From contig NW_027590224.1 in assembly GCF_964213995.1 (NCBI RefSeq), positions 496,001 to 560,000 on the forward strand: a stretch of DNA of 64,000 bases, written 5' to 3'. The position numbers and the translations under genes are program-made. The stretch is from Mustelus asterias. Its lineage: Eukaryota. Numbering within the stretch: position 1 is the first letter of the stretch; each line of letters opens with the position of its first letter. Below, one piece after another: positions 24,050 through 35,018 of this stretch. The notes beneath the pieces are model-generated. The model saw only the letters and a program-made list of their open reading frames with translations, ran no database searches and was not told the origin of the DNA.

Positions 24050-26869
24050 ATGGATGGGGACTGCAATGCACGGCATTGCAGAGGTGGGGTGGAGCAGGGT
24101 TTGAAATGTGTATACTTCAATGCCAGGAGTATTCGCAATAAAGTGGGTGAACTTGCAGCGTGGATCAGTACCTGGGACTTCGATGTTGTGGCTATTTCAG
24201 AGACATGGATAGAGCAGGGGCAGGAATGGATGCTGCAGGTCCCGGGGTTCAAATGTTTTAGTCGAAGTAGGGAAGGAGGTAGAAGAGGGGGAGGGGTAGC
24301 ATTATTGGTCAGAGATTGTATCACAGTGTCAGAGAGGAGGTTTGATGAGGACTTATCTGTTGAGGTAGTATGGGCGGAGATTAGAAATAGGAGAGGAGAG
24401 GTCACCCTGTTGGGAGTCTTTTATAGACCTCCTAAAAGTTCTAGAGAGGTTGAGGAAAGGATTGCGGAGTCAATCCTGCTTAGGAGTGAAAGTAATAGGG
24501 CAATTGTTATGGGGGATTTTAACTTGACTAATATTGACTGGAATTGTTATAGCTCTAGCTCGTTAGAGGGGTCAGTTTTTGTTCAAAGCGTGCAGGAAGG
24601 TTTTTTGACTCAGTATGTAGACAGGCCAACTAGAGGTGAGGCTATATTGGATCTGGTGCTGGGAAATGAGCCAGACCAGGTGCTAGACTTGGAAGGTGGT
24701 GTGCATTTTGGTGATAGTGACCACAATTCGGTTACGTTCACCTTAGTGATGGAAAGGGATAGGCATGAACCTCGGGCCAGTGGTTTTAGCTGGGGGAAGG
24801 GTAATTATGAGGCTATTAGGAGAGAATTAGGAAACATAGGTTGGACTAGGAGATTACAGGGACTGGGAATGTCCGACATGTGGAGTTTTTTCAAGGAGCA
24901 GCTACTGCGAGTCTGTGATAGGTATGTCCCTGTCAGGCAAGGAGGAATTGGTAGGGCTAGGGAACCGTGGTGCACCAAAAAAGTTTCTTTGTTGGTTAAA
25001 AAGAAAAAGGAGGCTTATGTTCGGATGAGACGTGAGCACTCGGGTAGTGCACTAGAAAGCTTTAGATTGGCTAAGAGGGAGTTGAAGAGCGAGCTTAGAA
25101 GGGCTAAAAGGGGACATGAGAAGACTTTGGCGGATAGGGTTAAAGAGAATCCTAAGGCGTTCTATAGGTATGTCAAGAACAGAAGGTTGGTTAGGGCAAG
25201 TTTAGGGCCAGTTATAGATGGCAGAGGGAAGTTATGTGTGGAACCGGAGGAGATTGGTGAAGCATTGAACCAATATTTCTCTTCGGTGTTCACGCAAGGG
25301 GGCATGAATATAGCTGAGGAGGACACTGGGTTGCAAGGGAGTAGAATAGACAGTATTACAGTTGATAAGGAGGATGTGCAGGATATTCTGGAGGGTCTGA
25401 AAATAGATAAATCCCCTGGTCCGGATGGGATTTATCCAAGGATTCTCTGGGAGGCAAGAGAAGTGATTGCAGAGCCTCTGGCTCTGATCTTCAGGTCGTC
25501 GTTGGCCTCTGGTATAGTACCAGAAGATTGGAGGTTAGCGAATGTTGTCCCATTGTTTAAGAAGGGGAACAGAGACTTCCCCGGGAATTATAGACCGGTG
25601 AGTCTCACTTCTGTTGTCGGCAAGATGTTGGAAAAAATTATAAGGGATAGGATTTATAGTTATTTGGAGAGTAATGAATTGATAGGTAATAGTCAGCATG
25701 GTTTTGTGGCAGGTAGGTCGTGCCTTACTAACCTTATTGAGTTTTTTGAGAAAGTGACCAAGGAGGTGGATGGGGGCAAGGCAGTGGACGTGGTATATAT
25801 AGATTTTAGTAAGGCGTTTGATAAGGTTCACCATGGTAGGCTTCTGCAGAAAATGCAGATGTATGGGATTGGGGGTGATCTAGGAAATTGGATCAGGAAT
25901 TGGCTAGCGGATAGGAAACAGAGGGTGGTGGTTGATAGTAAATATTCATCATGGAGTGCGGTTACAAGTGGTGTACCTCAGGGATCTGTTTTGGGGCCAC
26001 TGCTGTTTGTAATATTTATTAATGATCTGGATGAGGGTATAGTTGGGTGGATTAGCAAATTTGCTGATGACACCAAAGTCGGTGGTGTGGTAGACAGTGA
26101 GGAAGGGTGTCGTAGTTTGCAGGAAGACTTAGACAGGTTGCAAAGTTGGGCCGAGAGGTGGCGGATGGAGTTTAATGCGGAGAAGTGTGAGGTAATTCAC
26201 TTTGGTAGGAATAACAGATGTGTTGAGTATAGGGCTAACGGGAGGACTTTGAATAGTGTGGAGGAGCAGAGGGATCTAGGTGTATGTGTGCATAGATCCC
26301 TGAAAGTTGGGAATCAAGTAGATAAGGTTGTTAAGAAGGCATATGGTGTCTTGGCGTTTATTGGTAGGGGGATTGAATTTAGGAGTCGTAGCGTTATGTT
26401 GCAACTGTACACAACTCTGGTGCGGCCGCACTTGGAGTACTGTGTGCAGTTCTGGTCCCCACATTACAGGAAGGATGTGGAGGCTTTGGAGAGGGTGCAG
26501 AGGAGGTTTACCAGGATGTTGCCTGGTATGGAGGGGAGATCCTATGAGGAGAGGCTGAGGGATTTGGGATTGTTTTCGCTGGAAAGGCGGCGGCTAAGAG
26601 GGGATCTTATTGAAACATATAAGATGATTAGAGGTTTAGATAGGGTGGATAGTGATAGCCTTTTTCCTCTGATGGAGAAATCCAGCACGAGGGGGCATGG
26701 CTTTAAATTGAGGGGGGGTAGTTATAGAACCGATGTCAGGGGTAGGTTCTTTACCCAGAGGGTGGTGAGGGATTGGAATGCCCTGCCAGCATCAGTAGTA
26801 AATGCGCCTAGTTTGGGGGCGTTTAAGAGATCCGTAGATAGGTTCATGGACGAAAAGAAATTGGTTTAG
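24050..26869 (+). CDS. CR1 ORF2, APE endonuclease + reverse transcriptase, uninterrupted 939 aa
   Basis: YFNARSI, ISETW, MGDFN, SDHN (APE); KSPGPDG, NYRPVSLTS, QHGF, DFSKAFD, GVPQGSVLGP, KFADD (RT). Confidence 0.95.
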   Translation: MDGDCNARHCRGGVEQGLKCVYFNARSIRNKVGELAAWISTWDFDVVAISETWIEQGQEWMLQVPGFKCFSRSREGGRRGGGVALLVRDCITVSERRFDEDLSVEVVWAEIRNRRGEVTLLGVFYRPPKSSREVEERIAESILLRSESNRAIVMGDFNLTNIDWNCYSSSSLEGSVFVQSVQEGFLTQYVDRPTRGEAILDLVLGNEPDQVLDLEGGVHFGDSDHNSVTFTLVMERDRHEPRASGFSWGKGNYEAIRRELGNIGWTRRLQGLGMSDMWSFFKEQLLRVCDRYVPVRQGGIGRAREPWCTKKVSLLVKKKKEAYVRMRREHSGSALESFRLAKRELKSELRRAKRGHEKTLADRVKENPKAFYRYVKNRRLVRASLGPVIDGRGKLCVEPEEIGEALNQYFSSVFTQGGMNIAEEDTGLQGSRIDSITVDKEDVQDILEGLKIDKSPGPDGIYPRILWEAREVIAEPLALIFRSSLASGIVPEDWRLANVVPLFKKGNRDFPGNYRPVSLTSVVGKMLEKIIRDRIYSYLESNELIGNSQHGFVAGRSCLTNLIEFFEKVTKEVDGGKAVDVVYIDFSKAFDKVHHGRLLQKMQMYGIGGDLGNWIRNWLADRKQRVVVDSKYSSWSAVTSGVPQGSVLGPLLFVIFINDLDEGIVGWISKFADDTKVGGVVDSEEGCRSLQEDLDRLQSWAERWRMEFNAEKCEVIHFGRNNRCVEYRANGRTLNSVEEQRDLGVCVHRSLKVGNQVDKVVKKAYGVLAFIGRGIEFRSRSVMLQLYTTLVRPHLEYCVQFWSPHYRKDVEALERVQRRFTRMLPGMEGRSYEERLRDLGLFSLERRRLRGDLIETYKMIRGLDRVDSDSLFPLMEKSSTRGHGFKLRGGSYRTDVRGRFFTQRVVRDWNALPASVVNAPSLGAFKRSVDRFMDEKKLV

Positions 26870-27167
26870 GTTGGAGGGTCACAGTTTTTTTTTTTTTTTT
26901 AACTGGTCGGTGCAACATCGTGGGCCGAAGGGCCTGTTCTGCGCTGTAATGTTCTATGTTCTAACTTTGTATGATATATTCATATACTATATTGTGTATT
27001 GATAAAGACATAATTATTTTGTGAAGTACTGTGGTGTAGCGCTTACACACAAACAAATGATCAAATTAGAGATAATGTAAGAGTACATCATATAAAGATC
27101 GGAACTGAATGGCATGTGATTTTAATTGGGAAAGCGATGTCTTTTGATAAAGATTACATACAAATGA

Positions 27168-27750
27168 ATGGATGTCCAATTGCAGCCAAAAAAGGCCAGT
27201 ACAAAGTGTTATTTAATTCACACTAAGCTTGCTATGGAAGGGGGATATATAGTTAAAATGTATAATGCACTAGCTAAAGACATACAAACATCAGGGAGAA
27301 GGTGGGCAGAGGTATTGCCCACTAGTTTAAAGAAATTAAGAGCTACCACAAACCGGACAACCGGATTAACCCCTTATGAACTAATGACAAGACGGGCGAT
27401 GCAATTACCAGAAAGCATCATAACAGGTGGGACCGATGTCGGTCCACTAAAAGATAAAATCAAAAGATACGTTCTGGACCTGAGCACCCAGCTAAAAGGG
27501 ATGCGCAAATTGGTAAAAGACAATCAGGAAATAAAAGACGCAGAGAGAGAGCTGGAAATGCTCCCTGACGTCCCAACAGTGGGAAGTCGCGTCCTAGTGA
27601 AAACACTACCCGACAAACCAGGGTTTGCACCAAAGTGGAAAGGGCCACATGAAATTATAATTAGTGGGGACACCTGTGCCTGTATAGACATAAGAGGAAA
27701 GGTGTCTGGAAGCACTGGACACAGCTGAAATTATACAAAGGAGATAAGTA
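27168..27750 (+). pseudogene. Integrase C-terminal relic (also 31513-32095 and 36414-36995)
   Basis: W..VLP..L..LRAT...TGLTPYELM and GPY/F-like PKWKGPHEI; frameshifted VWKHWTQLK end; no catalytic core. Confidence 0.8.
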
Positions 27751-27888
27751 GCTAAATTGATGAACTAACAGAACTGCTTTCCTCGACACAGGCAAAGACT
27801 GCAAGCAAGAGCCGGCGTGCGCGGGTTAATAAATGAAATAACTGTAAAAAATTGAATTGTAGTGTTAAGTTTTATAACTGTTGCGAAT

Positions 27889-28243
27889 ATGTATGTAATC
27901 GCGTATGTAATTGTATTATTTTGTGTTGTGGTAACCGTAAATCTGACTGGGCTAGAAGACAACTTGTTTTACAAAGCCCACATACATTTACATGGGAATC
28001 GTACCTGTTACATGGGTTGATTATACTCATTGTCATTATACTTGTCTGTTGTCTGACTGTGGGATGCCTTAAAGCCTGTTTTAAAATAATGTTGACAAGA
28101 ATTGTGCCAGGAGCCAGTGTGTACATCGAAGAAGAACCCCTAATGAAGATCCCCGAAGACGTCAGAAGAAATGAAGATACTGGAAGAAATAAAGACATCA
28201 AAAGAAGCAAAGAAGGAGAGAAGAACGAAGACCTGTATATGTG
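27889..28243 (+). pseudogene. Internally deleted env relic: signal-peptide-like N-terminus joined out of frame to TM/cytoplasmic tail (also 32236-32591 and 37135-37490)
   Basis: ATG 27889 MYVIAYVIVLFCVVVTVNLT...; second frame WESYLLHGLIILIVIILVCCL; upstream branch point plus acceptor at 27791. Confidence 0.6.
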
Positions 28244-28338
28244 GCTTTTGCTACCAAATAAACCTGTTGGACTTTAACCTGGTGTTGTTAAACTTCTTAC
28301 TGTGTTTACCCCAGTCCAACGCCGGCATCTCCACATCA
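28241..28338 (+). mobile_element. 98-bp Penelope terminal fragment replacing the PPT and U3 of the second LTR
   Basis: Matches 14508-14570 plus the tail ccccagtccaacgccggcatctccacatca seen at 47370-47396 and 48020-48049. Confidence 0.9.
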
Positions 28339-28339
28339 C

Positions 28340-28446
28340 GAGAAGGTTTACTACAGACCAAGTACTTTGTCTCTATGGAGCTCCATTTAATAAATCGTAT
28401 TTTCTGAATCTCGAAGTCTGACTACTAGTGGATTTTTCCCACAACA
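28340..28446 (+). repeat. LTR 2 remnant (last 107 bp, approximately R-U5)
   Basis: Matches 20269-20375; followed by the PBS. Confidence 0.9.
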
Positions 28447-29196
28447 AATGGCGTAGTCGGCAGGATCCTATTACTGGTGAGACCGATTGGCCATGGTCGC
28501 AACCGGGGTAGAGATCACGGAATCTGTGACAGTCGGACTGGATCAGAAAATACGGTTTATAAGGGGGAAATATTTGTACTGTGTATTTGTGATAGTATTT
28601 GTTATAGTGATAAGTACTAACTGCTGATAGGAATAAATAACTGTGATTTGTGCTGATCGACAAAAAGGACAAGGTAGTGCCTGTCTCAAAACCTCTGCCT
28701 TAGACTGGCTATTAAGAGCAGAAATCTGCCACGTGAAGGTCAGGAATTGAAGTGAGTGAGAGACACCAAGGGCACTAAAGGATTGTGAAGCACAAAAGGG
28801 CAGAAGTCGGTTGAACATCACCCTCTGTAGTGGCGAACAGACGCAGAGGTGCCAGCTGATTGCATGAAAGTTTGAAAAGTTGGAAACTGTACTGTCAATG
28901 TGGTGAAAAGCGGGGCGGAACAGGAGTTTGATCAACTCTGACCTAAACCGAAATCCGGTGGAGAAGCACATTGCCGAAGTGGTAATCGTGGAAGCCGTGA
29001 GTATAACTTAAAACCCTGTAACGGCAGTAAAACACGGTGTGAGAATAGCAATAGTGGCCGGGGGTAGTGAAGTCCCTACGGTAGTTAACACACTTTGCTA
29101 AGAGTAGTAATAGTGGCCGGGGGTAGTGAAGTCCCTACGGTAGTTAGCACACTTTACTAAAGAATAATCGTGGCCGGGGTTAGTGAAATCTGCGAA

Positions 29197-30117
29197 ATGG
29201 CAGATAGTGAAGTTAAAAGGGGATCTGCAGGTTCCCTGATTGAAATCTACATGACAGACAGGAAGGAGTTAATAAAGAGAATGCAAAAGGATGGCTGGGA
29301 TACTTCTCAAACCTTAGAGCAGCAGAGAAAGTGGATAGATAAAGTGAAAAGAGATAGAACAAAGAAAATAGGAATAATATTAACACATCAGTTAGCAGGT
29401 CTAATTGAACAAACAATTGCCTCTACAAGGAAATGGAGAGAGGACAAAGAAAGAATTAGAGAACTAGAATCCCAAGTGAGGGAATTGGAAAAACGAAATC
29501 AGGTTTTAGAAAGGCAAGGGGGAGGAGAAACTGATCCTCTACCTTCTTATGAGTCCACCCAGCAAGGGCCAACGGCACCCTCAGAAGAGTGGGAACAGCT
29601 GGAACATAACTTAGCGCCCATAACTAGAGGGGGGACCACAGCGCGACCCAAGGCAAATTATAAACCCTTTACCCCAGGGGAAAGACAGCAGATAATGGCT
29701 TCCCTGGGCAAATTACAAACCAGAAGCGCGAACACCACATTCTGGGAGGAATTAGACACAATCTGGGTAGGACATCAATTACACCTAAGAGACATACACC
29801 AACTGGTCAGGGCAGCCTGTCCAGCGGATAAATGGAGACAGGTAGTAGGTGGACCCGCTTCCCCTATAGCGCAGGATTATAGTGGGGGTCGGTGGACACA
29901 TGTAATCCCCCTAACAGCAGAAATAGATGCCCAACAGGCACCCTTCTTACAGTTTAAAGAAGAAATTCAGAGGGTCTTAGGGAATGCTCCCACTAACTGG
30001 AGCAGAATTACCACCACAAAGCAGCTAAAAGGAGAAGGAGCCTCTGAGTATGGGGAACGATTGTTCCGAATATACCAAGAGTGCTCAGGACATGGGAATC
30101 CAGGGCGAGGAGATTGA
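29197..30117 (+). pseudogene. gag: gag of unit 2, with premature stop (CGA>TGA at 30115)
   Basis: About 99% identical to unit 1 gag; truncated 43 codons early. Confidence 0.85.
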
Positions 30118-32648
30118 GCGTTCATCCAGGCTTTTAAGGATGGACTCTCTAGTTCTCACCAGGTCATCCTAAAAATGGGAGTGATTATGTCCCAAGATTA
30201 CGATGAATTGGTAGAATGGGCTAGTGGCATACCTGCAGATGGATAGGAGAGATCTTAGTTTTTGTATTTCAGTGTGTTTGTGAGATCTGGTAGCTTGTCG
30301 AATGTAGGTGGTTGTTGTTGTAATTAGATTGAGAGCAGGGAGCTCTTTGTTCCTGTGGAATGTTTGCTACAGGCAGTGGGTGCAGTGTATATTGCACCTT
30401 GGTTTAGCCTCAGGGGGCTGGGAGAGTGTTAAAACTGTTAAAGATTAAAGTGATAAGATTTCTTGAATTTACTTCTGTTTTGAGTCAATTACAGTTTGGA
30501 AGAAAGAAGAATAAAAGCGATTGTCTTAATCAATGTTCTGTATTCTCTTTGAATGTTTTACACTCATCCCAGTCTGAAATGATAAGTTTGAATGAAAAAG
30601 GATGTACTGTGGAATGACTTTTGGAAGCTTCCATGTGTGTGTGTGTGTGTGTTTAAACAAAGTGGTTGCGTGGATGCTTTGTTGTTGTTTGTTTTAATGT
30701 TAAGAAAGGATTTAAACCTTGGAAGGAAGTATGTGCTCTTTCCTTTGTCTTGAAGTAGAAATTATAAGAGTTAGTTGAGGAGTTAAGAGAAGAAAATAAG
30801 TTATTTTGTGGAAAGGTAGAAAAGCAGGAACAAAAGACTGAGGTCTATGAATCAGTTTAAAGTATATCAAGTCAGTGAAATACAGTATTAATCGCAGAAT
30901 ATCGCGATTTGCGAACGTCAGATAGTTTAGTATCCTGAACTAGTTAAAATTATGTACTGCCATCGGAATTTCATGAGCCATCAAGGTTCAAGGTTTGCCA
31001 AATATAAAAGCACTGCAAAGCTTAAAATCTAGCCAGTTAAGAAACCAAAATGTTCCTAATCAAATAACTGGTATGTATTGTACCTGCTTTGATTTTGATT
31101 CGGCGCCTGTTACTTTTCCTCGAGTGCGGGGGTTTCGATCTGGAGCTCAGTTTAAAAATAGAAACGGCTTGAATTAAAAGGGTTTGGATATCACGGTTAC
31201 GATGTGTAAAGTGGTATGATACAACTGCCGCTTGATTATTTTTATTATACAGTATAGCACTGCCATATAGACACAAGAATAACATCAAATCCTGAAAAGC
31301 CTTAACCAACTTTGTATGATATATTCATATACTATATTGTGTATTGATAAAGACATAATTATTTTGTGAAGTACTGTGGTGTAGCGCTTGCACGCAAACA
31401 AATGATCAAATTAGAGATAATGTAAGAGTACATCATATAAAGATCGGAACTGAATGGCATGTGATTTTAATTGGGAAAGCGATGTCTTTTGATAAAGATT
31501 ACATACAAATGAATGGATGTCCAATTGCAGCCAAAAAAGGCCAGTACAAAGTGTTATTTAATTCACACTAAGCTTGCTATGGAAGGGGGATATATAGTTA
31601 AAATGTATAATGCACTAGCTAAAGACATACAAACATCAGGGAGAAGGTGGGCAGAGGTATTGCCCACTAGTTTAAAGAAATTAAGAGCTACCACAAACCG
31701 GACAACCGGATTAACCCCTTATGAACTAATGACAGGACGGGCGATGCAATTACCAGAAAGCATCATAACAGGTGGGACCGATGTCGGTCCACTAAAAGAT
31801 AAAATCAAAAGATACGTTCTGGACCTGAGCACCCAGCTAAAAGGGATGCGCAAATTGGTAAAAGACAATCAGGAAATAAAAGACGCAGAGAGAGAGAGCT
31901 GGAAATGCTCCCTGACGTCCCAACAGTGGGAAGTCGCGTCCTAGTGAAAACACTACCCGACAAACCAGGGTTTGCACCAAAGTGGAATGGGCCACATGAA
32001 ATTATAATTAGTGGGGACACCTGTGCCTGTATAGACATAAGAGGAAAGGTGTCTGGAAGCACTGGACACAGCTGAAATTATACAAAGGAGATAAGTAGCT
32101 AAATTGATGAACTAACAGAACTGCTTTCCTCGACACAGGCAAAGACTGCAAGCAAGAGCCGGCGTGCGCGGGTTAATAAATGAAATAACTGTAAAAAATT
32201 GAATTGTAGTGTTAAGATTTATAACTGTTGCGAATATGTATGTAATCGCGTATGTAATTGTATTATTTTGTGTTGTGGTAACCGTAAATCTGACTGGGCT
32301 AGAAGACAACTTGTTTTACAAAGCCCACATACATTTACATGGGAATCGTACCTGTTACATGGGTTGATTATACTCATTGTCATTATACTTGTCTGTTGTC
32401 TGACTGTGGGATGCCTTAAAGCCTGTTTTAAAATAATGTTGACAAGAATTGTGCCAGGAGCCAGTGTGTACATCGAAGAAGAACCCCTAATGAAGATCCC
32501 CGAAGACGTCAGAAGAAATGAAGATACTGGAAGAAATAAAGACATCAAAAGAAGCAAAGAAGGAGAGAAGAACGAAGACCTGTATATGTGAATGTATGAT
32601 TGTTGGTCTGAGGATTGTCCAAGCTATAATCCGACCAAAGGGAGGGAC

Positions 32649-33288
32649 TGTAAGGGGGAAAATACAAGGGGGGCACACTCTAAAATGGCAATACAAGAAA
32701 GCACACTCTAAAATGGCTGCCTGGCACATAAAGGGTTAACTGGGAAAGCCAAAAGAGCAGACACAGGCTCCTCCTGTTCAGAAAAAACCTAACAGACAAG
32801 CCATTTCCAAATCACAGACAGTGACTCATAGCAAACAAACACCTCAGGAAGCCAAAGCCAAGGGTCAAGACATCTTTTAAGATAAGGAAACCCCAAAACA
32901 AAGAGCTTAGATTAATGTTAAAGGAAGGCGGGAAATATGAATGCGAGGGAACCGATTAGAACCTGAACGAGACGAAACTAGCCATTGATAGATACAGACA
33001 TAAGGAGATGTACCCATTCATAAAATGCTAAATGTCTATACCTGTTTGTATTCTTGTAAATATGGGGAAATGTACCCATTCATGAAATGCTAAATACTTG
33101 TAAATGTGATAATCTTCGAATCACCGGTCTAACCCATTGTGTAAAGGGTATAAATTTGAACCGCTCCCGGTATACAATGGAGAGAAGGTTTACTACAGAC
33201 CAAGTACTTTGTCTCTATGGAGTTCCATTTAATAAATCGTATTTTCTGAATCTCGAAGTCTGACTACTAGTGGATTTTTCCCACAACA
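32649..33288 (+). repeat. LTR 3, shared between units 2 and 3
   Basis: Preceded by PPT aaagggaggga and followed by the PBS. Confidence 0.95.
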
Positions 33289-34097
33289 AATGGCGTAGTC
33301 GGCAGGATCCTATTACTGGTGAGACCGATTGGCCATGGTCGCAACCGGGGTAGAGATCACGGAATCTGTGACAGTCGGACTGGATCAGAAAATACGGTTT
33401 ATAAGGGGGAAATATTTGTACTGTGTATTTGTGATAGTATTTGTTATAGTGATAAGTACTAACTGCTGATAGGAATAAATAACTGTGATTTGTGCTGATC
33501 GACAAAAAGGACAAGGTAGTGCCTGTCTCAAAACCTCTGCCTTAGACTGGCTATTAAGAGCAGAAATCTGCCACGTGAAGGTCAGGAATTGAAGTGAGTG
33601 AGAGACACCAAGGGCACTAAAGGATTGTGAAGCACAAAAGGGCAGAAGTCGGTTGAACATCACCCTCTGTAGTGGCGAACAGACGCAGAGGTGCCAGCTG
33701 ATTGCATGAAAGTTTGAAAAGTTGGAAACTGTACTGTCAATGTGGTGAAAAGCGGGGCGGAACAGGAGTTTGATCAACTCTGACCTAAACCGAAATCCGG
33801 TGGAGAAGCACATTGCCGAAGTGGTAATCGTGGAAGCCGTGAGTATAACTTAAAACCCTGTAACGGCAGTAAAACACGGTGTGAGAATAGCAATAGTGGC
33901 CGGGGGTAGTGAAGTCCCTACGGTAGTTAACACACTTTGCTAAGAGTAGTAATAGTGGCCGGGGGTAGTGAAGTCCCTACGGTAGTTAACACACTTTGCT
34001 AAGAGTAGTAATAGTGGCCGGGGGTAGTGAAGTCCCTACGGTAGTTAGCACACTTTACTAAAGAATAATCGTGGCCGGGGTTAGTGAAATCTGCGAA

Positions 34098-35018
34098 ATG
34101 GCAGATAGTGAAGTTAAAAGGGGATCTGCAGGTTCCCTGATTGAAATCTACATGACAGACAGGAAGGAGTTAATAAAAAGAATGCAAAAGGATGGCTGGG
34201 ATACTTCTCAAACCTTAGAGCAGCAGAGAAAGTGGATAGATAAAGTGAAAAGAGATAGAACAAAGAAAATAGGAATAATATTAACACATCAGTTAGCAGG
34301 TCTAATTGAACAAACAATTGCCTCTACAAGGAAATGGAGAGAGGACAAAGAAAGAATTAGAGAACTAGAATCCCAAGTGAGGGAATTGGAAAAACGAAAT
34401 CAGGTTTTAGAAAGGCAAGGGGGAGGAGAAACTGATCCTCTACCTTCTTATGAGTCCACCCAGCAAGGGCCAACGGCACCCTCAGAAGAGTGGGAACAGC
34501 TGGAACATAACTTAGCGCCCATAACTAGAGGGGGGACCGCAGCGCGACCCAAGGCAAATTATAAACCCTTTACCCCAGGGGAAAGACAGCAGATAATGGC
34601 TTCCCTGGGCAAATTACAAACCAGAAGCGCGAACACCACATTCTGGGAGGAATTAGACACAATCTGGGTAGGACATCAATTACACCTAAGAGACATACAC
34701 CAACTGGTCAGGGCAGCCTGTCCAGCGGATAAATGGAGACAGGTAGTAGGTGGACCCGCTTCCCCTATAGCGCAGGATTATAGTGGGGGACGGTGGACAC
34801 ATGTAATCCCCCTAACAGCAGAAATAGATGCCCAACAGGCACCCTTCTTACAGTTTAAAGAAGAAATTCAGAGGGTCTTAGGGAATGCTCCCACTAACTG
34901 GAGCAGAATTACCACCACAAAGCAGCTAAAAGGAGAAGGAGCCTCTGAGTATGGGGAACGATTGTTCCGAATATACCAAGAGTGCTCAGGACATGGGAAT
35001 CCAGGGCGAGGAGATTGA
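34098..35018 (+). pseudogene. gag: gag of unit 3, with the same premature stop
   Basis: TGA at 35016. Confidence 0.85.

Larger units (their letters stand above)
23231..26962 (+). mobile_element. CR1 (HER1-type) LINE, 5'-truncated in ORF1, inserted in ERV unit 1 only
   Basis: Absent from units 2 and 3 (empty site gccttaaccaactttg); ends in a (gttctat)n tail; no TSD. Confidence 0.95.

Noticed and set aside
27852-28277. Novel Cys-rich membrane protein ORF (MNCSVKFYNCC...)
   Set aside because: It starts at TTG shortly after an in-frame stop. The Cys-rich part is the off-frame reading of the env leader, and only the TM half looks genuine.
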